Positions 1-13,160 of a stretch of 64,000 bases of DNA are shown here, one piece after another; position 1 is the stretch's first letter, and the number at the start of each line of letters is the position of its first letter. The position numbers and the translations under genes were made by a program. The DNA comes from Selaginella moellendorffii (Eukaryota; Plantae; Lycopodiophyta). The stretch spans positions 310,001 to 374,000 of the forward strand of contig NW_003314379.1 of the NCBI RefSeq assembly GCF_000143415.4, read 5' to 3'. The notes under the pieces were generated by a model that saw only the letters and a program-made list of their open reading frames with translations, was not told the origin of the DNA and did no database searches.

Positions 1-1671
1 AGTTCCAAGGTTCTCGTGCTCGTATGCTAGATCGGTAGGCGGGCCTATGACGCCAACTTTGGCTCGTAAGTTTCTCACAGCCTTTCTGATTCGCAAGTTC
101 AGCAGTGGTGCCTCGGTTCGCACCTGAGTAGAAACACAAAAAAGTTCTTGAGAACTTAAAAAAACTGGAGAGCAAATCAAAGCAAAACGAAGCCTTACCT
201 GTGTTCCAACAAGGAGAATAACGTCCGCATTCTCCACTCCAGCAATAGTGCTGTTAAGAAGATACCTCGACCTCAAATCAGCTTGCGTATTCACGCTGTC
301 ACCCTCGCACCACAGGTTCTCGCATCCCAGTTTGTTGAAAAAATCCTTCATAGCAAGCATCGACTCGGCATCCGCCAGCTTTCCGGCAATAGCTGCCATC
401 TCCTCCGGCTTGGTGTGCTTCAATGCCTCGGCAGCGGCCCTGAAAGCAAGCTGCCACAGAACGGGTTCCAAGTTCCCATTTTCACCACGCAGCATAGGCT
501 CGTTGAGACGCTGGCGTTTTAAACCATCGTAACAGAACCGAGCCTTGTCCGATATCCATTCCTCATTCACATCCTGTCAATGTAGTAAGGTCAATAAAAA
601 AGCATAGCTTTTGCTGGGGTTTACCTCATTAAGACGAGGAACTATACGCATAACTTCAGCACCACGGCTCTCAATTCGGATATTGCAGCCTATCGCGTCG
701 CTCACGTCGATTGTCTCGGTCCCTTTGAGCTCCCAGTTCCTTGCAGTAAAGGCAAATGGTCTTGACGTAAGTGCTCCAACGGGGCACACGTCAATGACAT
801 TCCCCGAGAGCTCGCTTGTCATCAACCGCTCCACGTACGTTCCAATCTCCTCACTTCCACCGCGACCAAGAACTCCAAGGTCGGGAACGCCAGCAACTTC
901 GTTTGAGAACCTGACGCACCTGTTGCACCAATACCAGTTTTCGAAACCGCTTCATAGATGAAAGGAGATGGTTACCTTGTGCAGTGAATGCAGCGGGTCA
1001 TCACCGTTTTGACTAGAGGTCCCAAGTTTTTATCCACCACGGAGCGCTTCATGTCGGTGAAACGACCACGATCGGAACCAAAAACCATGGATTGATCCTG
1101 CAGGTCACACTCCCCTCCTTGATCGCAAATGGGGCAGTCGAGCGGGTGATTGAGGAGTAGAAACTCCATAACACCCTCCCGTGCTTTCTTCACCATTTGT
1201 GTCGTAGTCTTGATTTTCATCCCTTCAAACATGTAAGAGTTAAGAGTAGATCCTTTTTCTGAAAACAAAAAAGGTACCTGGTAGAGCTGGCATGGCGCAC
1301 GACGCAACTGGCTTCGGAGTTTTCTCCACTTCCACGAGACACATCCGACAGTTCCCAGCGATGGAAAGGCGGGGGTGGTAACAAAACCTGGGAATCTCGA
1401 TCCCAGCCGCCTCGCAAGCTTGAAGAACAGTCATACCTTTCTGGACTTGGATTGACAAACCGTCCACGGAGACTTCAATGGTATCTTCCGGCTTCGGCAT
1501 CTCGACTCGCAAGCCTCGAGCCACAGCAGCAGCGGTCTGATGGACCTGGCGAAGTCTAAAGTTGCGACAAGCTGCGTCGACCATGGTATCATTGTCGGCA
1601 TCTTGAAAAAATCCCAACTTCCGTCGCTGGTGCTTGAGCAATCGAAACAACAAAGAAGTCTGCCTCGCCAT
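1..1671 (-). CDS. NDUFS1: NADH:ubiquinone oxidoreductase 75-kDa Fe-S subunit (complex I), nuclear-encoded; 5' part only, the gene runs off the left edge
   Basis: Exons 1671-1278, 1222-976, 919-625, 573-199 and 123-<1 are joined by GT-AG introns of 55, 56, 51 and 75 nt. Motifs include [55 protein letters not shown] and [13 protein letters not shown]. The N-terminus is Arg-rich and presequence-like ([13 protein letters not shown]). Confidence 0.97.
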
Positions 1672-2158
1672 AGCTATAGCGAGTAAGTTGTGGAATAAAA
1701 TAATTCTCTCCCTAGGCCCTGAAAGGGAAGAAGGCAAGGAGTAAGTAAACCCATCCCTTTCAAGGAAACTCTCGCAGCTCTCCCTCGGAAATCTCTAGCA
1801 AATCTGGAATAAAGATGCGTAGCGAGGCAACCGATTACACAAGAGAAACACTCAAATCTGACACAAATGGCGGGATCCAAGACCTAGGACGAATCAAACT
1901 CACGCCCTACTTCGAATCTCTTGGACGAGCTCTCGGCCGGGGGAATGGAATGCTTACCGCGAGCCAGTGGAAGCCGATATCAGCAGCGCCATCGTCCGCC
2001 CATCGCGAATCAGCGTAAGCCCCAAAATGGAGCTCCGCCACGTGTACGGCTGAGAACAAAAGGAGATCTATATAAACGAAATATGTACTCGTGATTCGAA
2101 CCCGAGATCTATCTCTCTTTTCTTCCTTTAGGGTTTAGGCGCAAGTATTTTGGAAGCG
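1672..2158. promoter_or_regulatory. Shared (bidirectional) promoter region between the divergent genes
   Basis: The two ATGs are 487 bp apart. The interval has a G-box GCCACGTG (2037-2044), TATATAAA (2069-2076) and a telo-box-like TTAGGGTTT (2128-2136). Confidence 0.55.
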
Positions 2159-4104
2159 ATGCAGCAAGAACGATCGAGCGATGTCCGCGACGATCAGTGG
2201 GGCTATCCGGTGCGCACTAGCTCCGACCAGTGTATCAGCTATCTCAACAGCTACTACCAGCAGGTTTGGCGGAATCGAGTCTCTGCCTGGCATCGATTTT
2301 CTTCTTGTTTTTGATTGCTCTAGGTGCTGAGCTATGGATGGAATTGCAAGGTGATCCTCCAGGCTGCTGACAACGACGAGGATTGCGCCTTGGCAAATGC
2401 TCTGGCTGCGGGGCTTGCCGATCCCTCTGCTGCTCTGCGATATTCCGAGCGCTCCAAAAGAAATGCTGTCAGTATAACACTTCCTCTTCCTCTTTTCCTC
2501 TCAAGTTTTTTCATTCCAGGACAGAGCCACACAGTATGAGCGTTCGGTGATGGAAGCTCTAGACGCAATCGCTGAAGGTTCTTATGACAAGGCCCTTTCG
2601 TCCCAATCAAAGGTCAAAACCTTTACTTTTTCTTCTCGTGAATCGCTAAAGCTCTTTCTTTCACTGTTACAGGTGCTAGAAAATTTCCCCAAGGATTTAG
2701 CATCACTCAAACGTGCACAAGCTATGGCTTTCTCGAGGGGAAAGTCTCACTTGATGCTCAAATTTGCCTCTCAGGTAAGTTCACGGCCTTTTGTCTAAAC
2801 GCATGTCTTCGTTCTTTCTAGAATCGCTCTCGATGCGCAGGTCTTGCACGTAAACAGGGATCGGGCATACATGTATGGAATGCTGGCGTTTTCTCTGGTC
2901 GAGAACGATAGAACTGACGAAGCGGAAGTTGCTGCAAGGAGAGCTCTGTCCATCGAGAAGCACGACGTTTGGGCCCAGCATGCGGTGCGCTCAATGCCGT
3001 GAAGGCACGGCTACCATCTGTTTTGCATTCTTGTCGTTAACACACAAACTTTTGCTGCAGTTGTGCCACGTCTTTCAGGAGCGCCAGCAATACAAGGACG
3101 CCATTATGTTCATGGAGAGCAACTCGGAATCTTGGGAGAGATGCGGCTCATTCCTGTAATGTTCGCCACCGTTGTGAACTTAGTGCTGTGATTACGAACT
3201 TACTCCTGGTTTCTGTTTTTTTCTTTTGCAGGTATAGTCATAACTGGTGGCATTTAGCGCTTTGTCATCTAGAGGGTGATGATAATGGGAATGCAGCCGG
3301 GAACGCGCTACGGATATTTGACACACGTATATGGGGAGACCGCGAAAGAGCTGAAAAGGATACATTTGCGGTAAGCTCTCTTTACAACTCTGGAAGAAAA
3401 ATCCAACACAAAGTAAACAATACTGTACAGGTGAGCCTGAACGCGTTGGGACTTTTGCTGTCTCTTCAAGTGAAAGGATTTGGAGAGTACGTCGGCGAAC
3501 GAGTGAGTCACATCGCGAAGCTCTTTGTGGACGAGGTACGTTGGCTGGCGGTCATCTTCAAACTTATACTTTCTGTGTTTAGTCAACATGGCACAAGGAG
3601 TGGCTACTTGATCTCCTGGTCCTTTGGTCACTGGCTCGAAGCTCTTTCATTGCAGAGGCCAGACAGTTACTGTCATCTCTGGATAAACGGTGAGAAATTT
3701 TTGTCAAAGTGATCGGACTCTGATTCTCACACATTCCCAGAGCACATATGATCGGTTCTACAGAGGAGATTCACCAAATGATAGTCTCGGTAATCAATGC
3801 TGATTTAGTTTGCGTTTCTGTGATAGTCTCGTTTAAGTTGCGGACGTTGTTTTCGACGTGTCAGCTTGCTTCAGCACTGTACGAGTATGGCTCCGGCAAC
3901 GAAAGGGCGGTCTCTTCACTCTTGGGATCACAATTTAGTGCTCGGGAGCTCAAGGTTTGTCTGTGTATTTATTGTGCTTGAGTTACACATACTTTGTCTT
4001 TTCGGTGGCTCTCTCAGGTGATTGGAGCCTCGAATGAGCAGATGAGAGTGTTTGGGCACCTGTGGGCAACAGCAAGCGGTCTCATATCTGCTGGGATCAG
4101 GTAG
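2159..4104 (+). CDS. TTC38: Tetratricopeptide repeat protein 38-like, multi-exon, possibly 3'-truncated
   Basis: Exon translations: DQWGYPVRTSSDQCISYLNSYYQQ|VLSYG, YMYGMLAFSLVE, DVWAQHA|LCHVFQ, YSHNWWHLALCHLE, LNALGLLL and IGASNEQ. Introns are short GT-AG (e.g. 2264-2323). The frame ends at TAG 4102-4104. Confidence 0.85.
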
Positions 4105-4451
4105 TATGGAAAACTTTGTTATGTACAGGCTTGTTGTGTAATAATAGATTGCTCAACTCGAGCATACACAAACGTGTGAACCTTGGATCCAGCCTCCAGC
4201 TTGTTATTACGAAGTTACAGGAAAAAGATCTTAATAAAAGTTTAAACTAATTAGTATAACCTTAATAAGCATTGTCAATCAAGGTTGGATGAATTTGACA
4301 AGTGAGATGACCAAGTTTTGTGCTGAGAAGCAATTGAAGTATAACCACAAAGACTAGAAGAGAACAGACAGAACATCCAATCATAAGTTGACTTTTATGT
4401 TCATCACAATCCTATATATAGATTTATGTTCATCATAATTCTATATATAGA

Positions 4452-6945
4452 CTAGCACTTGCCCAGCATATGCTGCCTAGTTAGCAAAATACTGTTTTGA
4501 TTATTATAATTTTATTATATTAAAAATTAAATTTAGAATAGTATAAAAATAATAAATATTGTATTCCACTTTGAAAGAAGAATTGAGGGAATTATACCCA
4601 GCAAATGTTAGATGAACACAAAAATCAATTCTTGTAAACTTGATAATATAGATACTTAGAACAAAATATATTCCTAGGCATAAGTAAGAATAAATATTCA
4701 TTAATAAAAATATTAGATACAAATTATTATTTAAAAATATGAATTTATTTAGAAAAATACCCGACCCAAAAAAAAGTAAACATGAATTTTCTATTATTAA
4801 TAATATGTTATATGTAATATACATTTTTACATGGGATAAACTTATATTAAGATTTTATCAAACAAAAGAGAATAATTACTAAGAATAATTATTACTCATT
4901 TTTATTAGCAAGACATTACTTAATTATGCAGTTTACTTAGAATATTACTACCCAAATCCAGTCAAGAAAATAATTACTAACAAAATATTTTGTAAATATA
5001 TATGCTATAGAAATTGTAATTCCATATTATTATGTACTAAGAAAACTATATTTACAGTCAGGAAAAAGATTTTAAAATATTACTGCTCAATCAAATACTG
5101 TATACATTATCTTATTTTTTCTGATAATGAGTTAGATTATTAAAAGACTACATATAAAAATATAATATGTACTTTTATTGTTGAATTTTTTTTTTTTTTT
5201 TGTATTAACACTTGAAGCTTTGATCATGATCTTACACATTGATAAAACTAAGTCAACCCATATTTGATATACCATCACTTAGTGTTGGGTTTCATATATT
5301 ATAGTGATATTAAACATGCCATCTGAGTTTTCATATTATATTTACAAATACAGTTAAATTAAATTATAAAAGTTAATTTTGACCTTAAATATTCAAAGAT
5401 TATAATAATTTATAAAACAGAATAAATTTAGGATTAAAAATAAAGCTGTTCACTTAAAAATAAATATTTACTCTCTTAGAATAACCTGTTAAACAAAATT
5501 CAAATCTCTGGCAATTTTGGATTTTGATTTGGTGATACCATCTATCTAAGACATACATAATTTATGTTATAACTTGTCATTGATTGTCAATGGCACTGTG
5601 CATTGCCATTTAGATAACCTAAAATCTTTTGATACCACACTTCCATCACCATAGCAAGAGACAGGATCTGCCACAATGAGAAGCATCTAAGCTGCTCCTC
5701 TGATGCTAGTGGCTGAGAAACTATATGCCAAGCAATTCTTCTGTTAAGTTTAGAGCATAAGAAAGTGAAAACTTTCAATGGGATTCTCCAGAGCAAAAAC
5801 ACCACAAAGTATCGCAAAAATCAAATCAGGAAGACACCACAAAGTATTGCAAAAATTAAATCAGGAAAGAACGAAAACAGCAAGAAAAGACACCAAGAGT
5901 TGAAACATGCCTCTTTGGTGCCTCGCCCAGCACTCACCTCTGGCCAGTGTCAAGTGCCTGGCACCTTTGTCAATGCCTCTACCTCGCACGCCCTAGCACT
6001 CTAATGCAGTCTCTGCTTAGCCAGCCCTCTCTCAGTGCCCTTTGCTTGCCCAGCCCTCTCTTCTGCCAGTGCCTTAGTGCCTTGCTGAGCACCCTAGTGC
6101 ATTCCTAGCTTGGTGCCGCTCTCTCACACCAGCGCCTCACTCAGCGCTCCGCATTCTAGTCGAGCGGTGCGTCCGGATGCTGCGACACCTCACTCCACTG
6201 CCAGGAGGATGATCGATCCTGCTCCAGTCGCCAGATCTTCCTCATGGCCTTGGGCTGCTGCTGCTGCTCGAGCGATCTCGATGCCCAGACGACGCCCACG
6301 AGAAGGATCCAGCCCTTACAAGCCACCAGCTTGGGGAGATAGTCCTGGATCTGGGAGGGAATGCCAGAGGCCAACATGGCAATCTCGTGCTAGGAGTTTT
6401 GCTTGAGATCCAGCACCATGAGCTTGTCACTATCCAAGTAGCAGTAAAGCATGCCCTTGGCGCATAGTGATCCAAGTTCTCCATAATCTCCCCTCCAAAG
6501 AAGCATCCAGTGAGCCATTTCCCTTGCGGCACATAGAGGGTCGTGCCTCCCAGCTCGCCAAAGCTACCAATGTGATTGATTGCCTTCTGGAACGCCTTGG
6601 TGTTAAGTTTGATCCCATCGCTCACTCCCTCAAAATCAGCATTTTCTGCATTGGTGTTGCATCCTTGGATAGCCGGCCAGCAATCACCCAGCAGGAACAC
6701 ATCTGTCATGCTGCTTTCTTTGCTCGACGGTCAACACCTTGCATGCGCCACATGTCGCTCTGCCTTCCTCTCTCGCCCCATGCGGCTTGGCCGCCTCCCA
6801 TTGGCCAGGGGCAAACATCAGTGCGATTATTCGCTAACACGTGGTTAAAAAAATAACCCCTTTACAGTTACCCCCCATCGGATGGCTGCGATTGGCTAGA
6901 TCCGGCGGCCCAGAAAGTTTGGCAACTCCTCCTTATTGTGATAGA
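4452..6945 (-). mobile_element. Non-autonomous Helitron (about 2.5 kb) carrying a captured gene fragment
   Basis: On the - strand it starts TC (TCTATCACAATAAGG, 6945) and ends CTAG (4455-4452). A perfect palindrome CAGCATATGCTG (4464-4475) lies 8 nt before the CTAG. It is inserted between A and T with no TSD. The joined flanks match a nearby duplicated empty site at 6996-7030. Confidence 0.8.
6500..6650 (-). pseudogene. Captured fragment of a glycoside hydrolase family 28 (polygalacturonase) gene
   Basis: DFEGVSDGIKLNTKAFQKAINHIGSFGELGGTTLYVPQGKWLTGCF matches the GH28 N-terminal DFGxxGDG...NTxAF...LYVPxGKWLTG pattern. No other GH28 sequence was recognised around it. Confidence 0.8.
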
Positions 6946-8947
6946 TTATGAAGATTTCAAATGAGGATCACGACACTTTTATGTTGATCACAATCCTATA
7001 TATAGATTATGAAGATTTCAAATGAGGATCTTGATCTTTGGCTTTTAGATGATAAAGTTTATATAAAAGCTTTTACAAATTAGACTTAGAAAAAACCAAT
7101 TCTAGCTTGAGTTTTTTTAGCACTTCAAAGTGAAGTTGCAATTGCAGTTAAACAATCAAACTCAATTGATAGTAGCATTTATAGTGTATGATACAGCTCC
7201 TCTTGCTCTTGCTGCCAATCTTTGCGTTTGGCTTAAGTTTTTATGTGGGCATCTTGGAGATGATGTGTACCATTGATTTGATCACTTTACAATGATTGCA
7301 ATATATTATTCTTGGGATGATGCATGGTGTTTATATGAATTTCCCATGTATTTCCAAGAAACGACATTGTAGTGGTATAATGGTTTAAGCGTAACTACTC
7401 GTACAGATTGGAGCATTCTCCTGAGTGTCTTCAAATGCGTATTTGGACATGCCAACGATTGTGATGATGCTTTTCAACAATTGCATCGTCTTCGTTAAGG
7501 GCTATTTGAGTCGGTGATGCAATTTAACATTTGTTTTTTAAGCCTCTTCCTTCATGTCAAGCTAAATATATCGGAGCGAATCAAGTTGGGAATGTTGTGG
7601 CCAGCACTTCGTCAAGATCTTGTAGGACTTGTGTATACACTTGCTCCAGCCACCCTTGATGATGTTCTTTGCTTGGCATAACATTATGAGATGTCATGTT
7701 TTTCATTTCTTACTGCACGTCCTTTAACTCCACTTGCTGTAGGAGATGCTCATGTTCTAATGGAAGTTGATGCTACTGCTACCTGAGTTTAAGGACAAGG
7801 GCGAGCACGTGGTTGTGTCCATGATGTTCATGTAAGTGACTAAATTTTCCATTCTACTTTAATCATTTAACCACACCTCCAACCACTTGGAGGAGTTTCA
7901 CTCACAACCTCCGTAAATCCTATTTCGGACTTAGGGCTTGCTAGCCCCACAAATGGCATCCATGCCACTTAACCTTTGCACTTGGTCCAAGTGCTTCACG
8001 TGTCTAACACCCAAAAGTACCACTGACATATAAGCCTATTATGCTAAGACCATACTTATTCACTTTGTTACACTAGTGATCCAACACCACTTACATCACA
8101 GTCCCGTCTCTCAAATATTGGGTTATCCATCCATGAGTGATCATTTTAAATCCACTCTTTAGCATCTTTAGGATACCTGTAAACATGGGGAACATCCTTC
8201 CCCAATATCCCTTTTACAGTCCCCATTAAGTCCCTTTTCTATCCATGGCCGTGTTTACCAATACTGCCACTAGATCAAGGCTCATAGGCCCGACCACTAA
8301 GTCCCACTGTCCTCTAGGACTTCCTCACCATATGACTGTATTGTTGGTCATTACACCAGAGGACTAATCTTCTTCCTTTTCACAATCCAGGACTTTGGGA
8401 TAACATTTTGAAACACTGTGGCCCTACGCAAGCCTTATGGGTATTCTCCCCACCTTCTGCCTTTGGGTGCCCCAGTTATGTGGCTAGAGCGAGGTTCTGA
8501 TGAGCCATGCTAGGTATCCAAGTAGGTAGTGCCACCCATACTTGGATTGGGAGCATTGGCCATTTGATCTCTCAAAGGAACTAGAGTTAGCTTTTGAACA
8601 CTTCACTAAACTACCCCGCTTGTCAATCCATATTCACTCTAGCTTTGGACTCTTCAATGGATATATCATCATCCAACACGTAGGCATAGCCTTCTTGGGT
8701 CACATTGGCATTTTCTGGCCAAACTGACTCCACTAGAGTCTAACCCCCACACTTTCCCTACTATACTTTTGGAACCCCCTATAGCCCCCCCCTCAGGGGA
8801 CGATCGCTTTAGGCTTTCACCTAACAGCTTGTATTAGTATTCGGACTCAGACTCGGACTCGGACTCAGACTCAGACTCAGACTTGGTCTCAGTTCCATCC
8901 TAAACTCAATCTCAGACTCCATCTTGAGTCTATCTCGGATCCATCTC

Positions 8948-11783
8948 TGTAGCACACCTGAATTTGGAGCCAAACTCCAAGCCTGTTGCACTACGAACGA
9001 GGGTTTGGTACAATCCCACAAGTACCAACTCCCCGTATCCAACACCTGCATGCAAAATGGTGTTAGACGGAGTCTGGCACAATTTTGGCATACCGGTGGC
9101 CTAACGCAAGGAGGAAGGTACCCCATCGACTAGAGCAGTGTGGAGCTTGGGCTTAGACCTAAATCAGATGTAGAACAAGGAGCAACACAGCCTAGTGGGA
9201 GACAAACTAATGTCTTAGGTGGTCGGACATGCATTCTAACCATTATCCCTACTATACATTTAGAACCCCCCATAGCCCCCCCCCCTGCCTTGAGGAACAT
9301 ATGCTTTGGGCTTTCACCCCAAGCTGCCCTTAGTACCACGAGTTAGTCTCTGGGACAAGCTCGAAACTTACTAAATATGGAATGACTTTAGATTGCGAAT
9401 TTGGACACGTGACGAACACCATTGTGTTTAGGCCAACCTCTACATTCTGTAAACATGCCAAATGAGCGAATCTAGACACTTTCTATAAATAGCATTTGGG
9501 ACCAAAATGAGACTAACACAAAGGGCGTGATAGCGAGGGTGTTTAGCAGATATAGTAAGCTATTATTTGATGATACCCGGACCGCAAATGAAGTCACGTA
9601 AAATATTTAGCCTTTAAAAGTTGGTCAAACAAGTCATCAATGCGAGGCAAAGGATAATTGTTTTTAACCGTGATCTTGTTGAGTGCCCGATAGTCAATGC
9701 ACATCCTCATGGTTCCATCCTTTTTTATAACAAAAAGGATTAGCGCTCCATAAGGTGATTTGCTTAGTTGAATATGACCTTTGTCAAGAAGCTCCATGAG
9801 TTGCTTCTTGAGTTCAGCCATTTCCTTGATGTTCAATCGATATGGAGCTTTCGTAGGTGGTTTAGAACCCGAAATAACCTCAATCCGATGATCAACCTCA
9901 CGGCTAGGAGGTAGCTCTGGTGGCAAATCTTTTGGGAATATCTTGATTCCATGCTAACAACTCCAATATTTTCTTGGGTATAGGATCAACTCCGTCGCCA
10001 ATTTGAACTGAGTCACCAACACCCTCAGCTTCCATCACTTGAACCCAAAAGGTTCGACATCCCGTCTTAGCTGCTCTTTGAGTGGCCCTCGCAGTCAGGA
10101 ATTTAGCATCCCAATCCTTTGAGGAACGCTTTTGCAATTGGAAGGACACATCAGAACGTCCTTCTGACTTCAATATGATATAACTTTGTCCAGCACCATA
10201 AATCCCTTTTATATATTTGTTGAAGAAATCCATACCAAACACCATCTGAAAATCTGATATTTTCAACACTACCAAGTTCACTCTTTCTTTCCACTTAGAT
10301 ATTTTTATTGGAACATCACTCACAAACTTTCTAGCTACTTGCCCACCTTCCGCAAACCGGAGGTGCATAGGTGACATTTGCTCAGCATTCAATCCTAACA
10401 ACTTAGCTAAGTCTTTGGATATCATGCTGTGCGTAACTCTCGTGTCAATCATCACTCAGATTCGGTGTCCACGGGCAAAGCCTACCCTATACATCAACAG
10501 ATCAGTATTTGCATTGACTGCAAGAAAAGCTTGAGGAAAGCAACGAAAGTTACTCACCTTTTCTTCCTCATAGTTTGCATTGACTAATTCGTCAACCCCT
10601 TCGGCTTCACCACCACCATCTTCCCTCATGACATTAACACAAGACCTTGTCTTATGCTTGTTGGGACATTCCAAGGACCTATATCCTAACTCTCCACAAT
10701 GGAAGCAATGACCCACACTACCTGTTCCGCTAGGAGTAGGTTTTGTAGGTTGCTACTGCTTGTACCCACCAGAAGGAACAAAGGGCCTAGGACCAGAAGA
10801 AGTTGCTAGTGGTCTCTAACCACCACCACCTTTGTTAACCGTTGCTTGTGAGCCTCTAGAGCGGAACCTGCCTTCCACCCTCTGTTTCTAATCACCTTAT
10901 ATATTCCTAGAATTCCTATTCTTATTCGAGTTACTAGCATACAGTTGCTGATATTGTTCCATGAGCGAGTGACTAAAGGCAACTTGCTGCACTGCCTTCT
11001 TACACTCTAGGTACGTCTTTGGCTTAAACTTCAAAATCTCATTGCGAGAAAATGAACTTAAGCCTTCTAGAAAATAACTTTGAGCATCTTCATCACTCAT
11101 ATTTGCAATCATAATGTGCTTTTGAGTAAACGTATTAACGTAATGCATGAGATCCCCTCGCTACTTTAACTGCTGCAGCTCCGCACGTAGTCTCTAGGAC
11201 AAGCTTGAAACTTACTAAATATGGAATGGCCTTAGATTGTGAATTTGGACATGGGATGAACACCATTGTGTTCAAGCCGACCTCTACATTCCGTAGACAT
11301 GCCAAATGAGTGAATTTAGACACTTTCCATAAATAGCATTTAGGACTGAAATGGATACAAGATGGAATCTGAGATGGACCTGAGATGGAGTCTAAGATGG
11401 ATCTGAGATAGAGTCCGAGATTGTCGCAAATGTGACTTCGGGTATCGAAAGATACTTGTCGGCCAGTCCTTACGGACATTCTTTCCTTACTGCCATGACG
11501 ACAAAAGGTCGGTACTACTGGTTCCCTTTACTAGCCCCTCTTGTCCAAGTGTTAGTAAACTGGACTTAGCATTTGTACTTGGCCGGATGAGCATAAGGAC
11601 GGAATTCCTAAATGTCTATTTGGCCAAGCATACTTGGCTCGGCTTTTTAGTTCTCTTATGCTCTGTCTTGCATTGGCTTGGCAAGAACCCTCGCATATTG
11701 AGATTAGTCCCTCAATATTGCCGGATGATAGCTTACTGTGTCTGCCAAACACCCTCGCTATCACACCCTTTGTGTTAATCTCA
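8948..11783 (-). mobile_element. Internally deleted Ty3/gypsy element (family D) inserted in the repeat array of the A1 LTR
   Basis: Gag fragment (10897-11148), CCHC knuckle-like CFHCGELGYRSLEC, protease MIDTRVTHSMIS and RT start [30 protein letters not shown] segment 9346-9505 is repeated at 11190-11352. TSD ATCTC is recovered if 11353-11783 is inverted. Confidence 0.8.
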
Positions 11784-12966
11784 TCTCGGACTCCATCTTA
11801 GACTCTATTTCAGACTCTATCTTGGTCCATCTCCAGTCCATCTTAGATTCCATCTCGGACTCCATTTTGGGTCCATCTCAAACTCCATCTCTGGTCCATC
11901 TCGAGTCCATCTCGGACTCCATCTCAGACTCCATCTCAGGTCCATCTCAGACTCCATCTCGGGTCCATCTTAGACTCCATCTCATACTCCTTCTCAGACT
12001 CCATTTTGGACTCCTTCTCAGACTTCTTCTTGGACACTTCTACGTGTCATGTGTTAGTCCTTTTGTGTCCCTTTTTTAAAGAATCACTTATTGCTTGCTT
12101 CGTGCTCGTTCCTTGAGCACCTTGTTGGGAGTTCCACTCCCACTCTCGACTTTTCAAGTCGATGCTTTTAGTCCAAATATGTTACGCTCATTTGGCTTTT
12201 GCCTTAACCACTACCACATGGCACCCTTTTGGCTCCTCTTTGGGGCCTAAGGATTTTGTGTCTCACAACTCTACCACCCATAGACAAAGTTCAATGTCCT
12301 CATTGAACGATAAACCATTTTTTAAAGTAATCCCATCTTAGATTACCATTTTTCATCCTTGGCACCCATCAATATTTGTCAATAGTTTGACACAAAAAAC
12401 TTACCATGCTTTGCCCATCCTCTAAGAAGTATAACCTCTCCAACTTAAAGATTTATTAGACCATTTGTGGTGGTTTTTTCCCTTTATTTGGTTTAATTCT
12501 TGCTAAACCTGTTAAGGACACCTCCTCTATTTCAATCCCACTACTCATTCCCAAGTAGTCTCAACTTCTATCAACATAATTATTACACTTTGGAATTTTT
12601 TTTTTCGACTTCTCAAAGTTAATTTTTTGGGTATCTCTAACGCCTTACATTGCACATATTATGTAAGCTCCACTTTCCCATCTTAGGAAGTTCTTTACTT
12701 GAGGATACCACTATCCTCTCTTCTATTTCGTGGCATTCTAGGCACTAAGTTACCTATAATTTGTGTTAAAGTTATCCATGGCCTTATCATTTGGCTACCT
12801 TGTCGCTTCCTCTTTTGGAGATTTCACCTTTGCTAAATTAGAGTATTTGGGAATCCATCCTTGAAAACATATTTTTTTTCCTATAATCTGTTAGAACCCA
12901 ACATATAAGTGTTCTTTGCCTAACATTGCCATTTGGATTCATTCCAATGATTTCCATGATATATTT

Positions 12967-13160
12967 TGTAAGTAACTAAAGAGAATGACTTGAGAGATGA
13001 TTCACAGGGGTTTAAATATAAAGGGAAAGGGCTCATGAACAAGAGTGCACTCTTTTTTCAAACGGTTAAGAGTTTTAGAATATTTGGAGTTAAGTGTCCT
13101 TGGGTTTGAATAGTTCTAGGTTGGGTGACCTTCTGGGAATTCCAAACTCATGAACTTACA
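12967..13160 (+). mobile_element. Solo LTR of the Cassandra-like TRIM (5S rRNA-derived)
   Basis: TGTAAG...CTTACA, 194 bp. Contains GTTAAGTGTCCTTGGGTTTGAATAGTTCTAGGTTGGGTGACCTTCTGGGAATTCC (5S A-box, IE and C-box-like). TSD is TATTT/CATTT. Confidence 0.85.

Noticed and set aside
1-1671. Bacterial nuoG or an organellar insertion
   Set aside because: It has spliceosomal introns and a presequence-like N-terminus, so it is an ordinary nuclear gene.
4504-4824. 106-aa hydrophobic ORF
   Set aside because: It is low-complexity AT-rich Helitron interior, and the composition explains the open frame.
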